This document shows positions 54,295-57,819 of a stretch of DNA of 57,819 bases, piece after piece. This DNA is from a virus (taxonomy: Duplodnaviria; Caudoviricetes), in the IMG/VR virus record IMGVR_UViG_3300031965_000034, positions 1 through 57,819 of that record, one strand, 5' to 3'. Under the pieces are notes generated by a model. It saw nothing but the letters and a program-made list of their open reading frames with translations, searched no databases and had not been told where the DNA came from. The first letter of the stretch is position 1; each line of letters begins with the position of its first letter. Both the position numbers and the translations under genes were made by a program.

Positions 54295-55038
54295 CTACTG
54301 ATAGACCCGGTTCGCCGCGAGTTGCCGCGGCCAGAGCGCCTCTTGGCACTCCCACAGCTCGATGAGCGTTGCGCCCGCGTCCGCAGCAATGACACGAGTT
54401 CGCTCGTCGCGTTGGGCGGCACCACCGCGGCCGCGATACGGACAGGTCAGATCGACGGACCTGTGGTCATGCCAGAAGCAGCCGTTCACCTCTATGAGCG
54501 TGAGGCGATCGGGGCTTCCGTAGTCGAAAGCGTGGCGTCCGATGTATATCTGAGGCTCGAACCCCGGCAGTAGCGCCGCCGCACGGAGTTCCAACTTGGA
54601 GCGCCATACGCGCCCACCTGCGGCGCGCCAACGCTCCAGTCCGGCTTGCTGCTTGGCGAGATGGTCTGGCGAGGGCCGCCTACCAGCGAGCGTGGCCCCG
54701 ATCTTCGCGCGGGTCTCAGCACTGACCGAGTGGCCCATGAGCGACGCGCTCGTTCGCGCCTTCTGCGTATCGCTCTTCTGGACGCCACGATGCCGCCTAC
54801 TCACGGCCACACGAGTGGCCTCGCCGGGTGCGCGCCCACGCAGCGTGGCGGCGATCTTGGCCCGCTGTTCTGCGGGCATAGGTGGACGCGGACCCCGGAC
54901 GGTCCGAAGTTCGGATCGCTTCGGCCCTAGGTACCGAACACCCCGGCGCTCATTCGGGCGGCCAGGACGACCCTTCAGGGCAGCAGAAATCTTAGCCCGC
55001 CACTCCGGCGTGAGCGGTTGACCCAACCTATGTCCCAT
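54295..55038 (-). CDS. NUMOD3-repeat homing endonuclease with Vsr-like nuclease domain
   Basis: E.RAKI(S/A/G)A.L.GR repeats; IEVNGCFWHDH...RD...LWEC. Confidence 0.85.
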   Translation of the reverse strand: MGHRLGQPLTPEWRAKISAALKGRPGRPNERRGVRYLGPKRSELRTVRGPRPPMPAEQRAKIAATLRGRAPGEATRVAVSRRHRGVQKSDTQKARTSASLMGHSVSAETRAKIGATLAGRRPSPDHLAKQQAGLERWRAAGGRVWRSKLELRAAALLPGFEPQIYIGRHAFDYGSPDRLTLIEVNGCFWHDHRSVDLTCPYRGRGGAAQRDERTRVIAADAGATLIELWECQEALWPRQLAANRVYQ

Positions 55039-55423
55039 AGAATCGCCTCTGGTTGGCCCGTGCCCCGCTATACCAGCCCAAAACATGATCCCGCCGACGG
55101 GGCAGGCGGCTACCGGTTCGCAGCCCCGCCAGACGGTCGACCGAGACGTCACGGACGCAGACGCTCTCGCAGTCGGCGCACATGAGCAGGCGGAGGTCAC
55201 GCACGACACCGTCGCGGCCGACGTGGCGACCCTCGCGGAAGACCTGGAGCCGATGGACCTCGGCGAGACACACCGCCCGTGCGCCCATCGGTCGGACATC
55301 GGCGGCCAGCGTCACGACCATCTCCGCGAGCAGGCGGTCGAGCGTGCCGGGGATGGGCGGCGTGCGGTCCGTGACCAGCACGCGACGGCCCTCGATGACC
55401 ATGACGCGCGGCGGAGCCATCAT
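55028..55423 (-). CDS. Hypothetical zinc-binding protein
   Basis: CLAEVH...MCADC; ATGA-coupled. Confidence 0.6.
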   Translation of the reverse strand: MMAPPRVMVIEGRRVLVTDRTPPIPGTLDRLLAEMVVTLAADVRPMGARAVCLAEVHRLQVFREGRHVGRDGVVRDLRLLMCADCESVCVRDVSVDRLAGLRTGSRLPRRRDHVLGWYSGARANQRRFYGT

Positions 55424-55602
55424 CCGGTGACCGTCGCCGGCCACTCCGGCGTGTACCACGTGTGGTCCTCGATCCCGAGCGCCGCGTCGATCTCCAAGAG
55501 GAGCGCCGTCGGCTCGGGGAGCTTGTCGCGCGCCTCGCTACGCAACTCCACGAGGATGACGTTGCGAGCCCGCAAGAGCAGCGCGCGGTACTTGTCTTCC
55601 AT
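55420..55602 (-). CDS. Small hypothetical protein
   Basis: GGAG RBS. Confidence 0.5.
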   Translation of the reverse strand: MEDKYRALLLRARNVILVELRSEARDKLPEPTALLLEIDAALGIEDHTWYTPEWPATVTG

Positions 55603-55643
55603 CGATCTCCATTCGTCCACGGCCGGCGTACCGACCGGGATTG

Positions 55644-56060
55644 CTACGCGACGACCTGGGTCGGCGCGATGAGTTCGGCGATGAACGTGACGTAGGGCTG
55701 GCCGGTGTCGATGTCCTTCTCCGCTGTACCTCCCGTGGTGTCGAAGCTGATGTAGATGCCCGTGTCGGCATGGAGCCGCGGGCCGATGTTGTGGAGGGTG
55801 TCGGAGCACGCGCCATAGAGGGCCATCGCAGCCTGGGGTGTCGCGCCGTAGCAGCGGATGGCGTAGGTCGCCCGCTGGACGGGGGCGCGGCTCATCCGCA
55901 CGGTGTCGAGGGCGACGATGACGACGAACGCCTGGTAGCTGCCCTTCGGCTTCACGTCTCCGGGAGCAGGCTCGAACCCGCGCACCCGGCCGTCCACGAG
56001 GGCGTCAACCTCGGTGTCGTCGCGGAGCTCGATCAGGAGCTTGCCGGTGAGGTCGATCAT
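55644..56060 (-). CDS. Tail terminator / completion protein
   Basis: L..D..V.ALVDGRV...IRCYGAT...A. Confidence 0.75.
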   Translation of the reverse strand: MIDLTGKLLIELRDDTEVDALVDGRVRGFEPAPGDVKPKGSYQAFVVIVALDTVRMSRAPVQRATYAIRCYGATPQAAMALYGACSDTLHNIGPRLHADTGIYISFDTTGGTAEKDIDTGQPYVTFIAELIAPTQVVA

Positions 56061-56485
56061 CCGGCCTTCCTCAGTTCAGCCGCGACGATGGGCGCCATGA
56101 TCTCCGCGGCGTGATCGACGGTCCGGTTCGCCGCGGGGGTGAGGAACGGCTGCGCGGCGTGGTGGACGGTGCCGGTCTCCTGGAACCGACCGGGGAAGCC
56201 GAAGCCCGCGACGGCCATGATCTCCCCGCGACCCCGGACCTTGACCGCCCGCGGCTTCTTGGGCTGCGTGCCCCGCTGGGACCAGCCGCCGACCTTCTTG
56301 TCCCCGATGTAGGCGAGCACGCCGCCCTGCGTCACGAGGCCCACCCCGAACGGCGTCGCGTCCGGCGGATCGGCGACATCGACGATCGTCCGCGCCACCT
56401 CGAACAGGCCGTCGGCGATGGCGACCTGGACTGCCCGCATGGCAGCCCGGTTGAGCACGACCCGGGCCGACGGTCCGCGCGCCAT
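56057..56485 (-). CDS. HK97 gp10-like tail component
   Basis: RFQETGTVHHAAQPFLTPA motif. Confidence 0.8.
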   Translation of the reverse strand: MARGPSARVVLNRAAMRAVQVAIADGLFEVARTIVDVADPPDATPFGVGLVTQGGVLAYIGDKKVGGWSQRGTQPKKPRAVKVRGRGEIMAVAGFGFPGRFQETGTVHHAAQPFLTPAANRTVDHAAEIMAPIVAAELRKAG

Positions 56486-56595
56486 CAGATTGACCTCGGG
56501 GCGTACGATGTAGACCACGGCTGTTGAGGAGCCGTCTCCACATGCCCCGCTTGCGGCCTCAACCCGCGGGCGGGGCGACTCGTCTGGAGCATGGA

Positions 56596-56949
56596 ATGGG
56601 CGTATCGACCGACGCATCCGAGCATTGGCCCGAAATCCTCGGCTATTGGAGCGAGATGCCCACGCTCGGCTGTTCGGAGCGTGATTGGGAAGTAACAAGC
56701 TACGGCGAGTCGTGGTGGGAGCATCTGCCTCCCTCCCTCGACGCCGCGTGGGATCGGGCTGAGGCCGATGGCTGGGAGATCGTCGCGCTGATCCGCAGGC
56801 GCGGTAACCCTGACCGACAGCGGTGGCACGTCAACGCGATCCACTACGGCCACGGCACTCCACGTCGGGCTACCGCCTTCGGGCCGACCATCGAAGCGGC
56901 GCTCGACAATCTCGCTGACAAACTGCGGGATCACGCCGCCGCCTCCTGA
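56596..56949 (+). CDS. Rightward moron-like hypothetical protein
   Basis: GGAG RBS; SLDAAW...GPTIEAAL domain. Confidence 0.55.
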   Translation: MGVSTDASEHWPEILGYWSEMPTLGCSERDWEVTSYGESWWEHLPPSLDAAWDRAEADGWEIVALIRRRGNPDRQRWHVNAIHYGHGTPRRATAFGPTIEAALDNLADKLRDHAAAS

Positions 56950-57819
56950 CGCTCGGCGGCCCAGTCCACCAGCGCGTCCGCGGCCCGCTGCGCCCCGCCC
57001 GAGCGGTACGGGTAGACGAGGCCGAGGATGCGTTCGCGCTCGGCTGCGACTTCGGGCGGATCGGCCAGCGCCCGCGCGACGGTGTCCACGAGCGCGGCCG
57101 GGCGATCGACGTTGAGCCCGATGGTGGACCACGTCCAGAAGCGGCCGCCATGTTCGACGTTGCGCCGGAACCCGGGGTCGTTGAGCGGGACCACCGGCCG
57201 CCCCGTCGCCGCGAACTCGAACAGGGTCGAGCTGTTGTCCATGACATAGAGATCGGCCCGCCGGCAGACGTCGGCGAAGTCCTCGACGACCTCGATGCCC
57301 ATGCGGGCGTAGTACCGCGCGAGCATCCCGATCCCCTTGGGGTGGCCGTGGCCGATGACCTTGTACGCCTTCGCGAGATCGGGCAGGACCGGCTTGTACG
57401 TCGGCCACGCCCAGCGCGTCTCGGGGATGATGTTGATGTCGAAGTGCAGCGCGAACGCGACGACCGGACCGTCTCCGGGAACACGGGCCGGGAGGCTGTC
57501 GAGCTTCGCGCAGCCGATGACCTCCACCCGCGCTCCGGGATAGGACGCCTGCCAGCGGTCGGCCGAGTAGTCGTTCGGGCAGAGGAACAGCGACACGTCC
57601 CCGCAGTCCCGACCGCCCGCATACGAGGCGTTGCCGGCGAACTTGCTATCTGACCAATAGGATTGCCCGGCCCCGTGCTCGACCCGGGCGATGCGGGTCC
57701 GACCCAATCGACGGGCGCGCTTCTGGTCGCCGTACGACGCCACGAGCACGGGGCGGTCGGTGTCGTTCAAGAGGCCGGTCGCGGGGATGCCCCACTCCCG
57801 AGCGCGCTGCGCGATGCTG
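56931..57819 (-). CDS. GT-B / CDP-glycerol glycerophosphotransferase-like protein (5' truncated)
   Basis: EHGAGQSY, GHGHP, ADLYVMDNSSTLFEFAATGRPVV; frame is open to the window end. Confidence 0.75.
   Translation of the reverse strand, partial: SIAQRAREWGIPATGLLNDTDRPVLVASYGDQKRARRLGRTRIARVEHGAGQSYWSDSKFAGNASYAGGRDCGDVSLFLCPNDYSADRWQASYPGARVEVIGCAKLDSLPARVPGDGPVVAFALHFDINIIPETRWAWPTYKPVLPDLAKAYKVIGHGHPKGIGMLARYYARMGIEVVEDFADVCRRADLYVMDNSSTLFEFAATGRPVVPLNDPGFRRNVEHGGRFWTWSTIGLNVDRPAALVDTVARALADPPEVAAERERILGLVYPYRSGGAQRAADALVDWAAERQEAAA

Noticed and set aside
54295-55070. Duplicated gene end flanking the NUMOD3 endonuclease (ARANQRRFY versus AANRVY)
   Set aside because: Similarity too weak at the DNA level

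Overview
High-GC, temperate siphovirus-type phage genome, probably near-complete and circularly permuted; the window appears to break inside a glycosyltransferase gene. Almost everything is on the minus strand in ATGA/GTGA-coupled operons. The early operon runs cro, xis, tyrosine integrase, endonuclease VII, an intact attP (3' part of tRNA-Cys), then many small genes, an HD hydrolase, an ssDNA-annealing protein, a replication protein and three DNA methyltransferases. It is followed by lysis genes, a packaging HNH, a rightward DUF3560/ParB island, and a ParB/PAPS-reductase-like/GNAT cluster. The late genes are terS, terL, portal, S49 protease, HK97 capsid and neck genes, a glycosyltransferase/methyltransferase cluster, and tail genes (MTP, frameshifted chaperones, TMP, Dit, hub/fibre). 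A cI-like repressor and a GT-C membrane glycosyltransferase lie on the plus strand. The most unusual signals are: (1) a portal with a fused Com-like zinc ribbon, plus three RNA structures that occlude the Shine-Dalgarno (SD) sequences of head and tail genes; (2) apparently overprinted ORFs inside the integrase; (3) in-frame 19-35 bp repeats that link variable segments of early genes; (4) attP in the middle of the early operon. All family assignments come from motif recognition by eye; no database searches were run.
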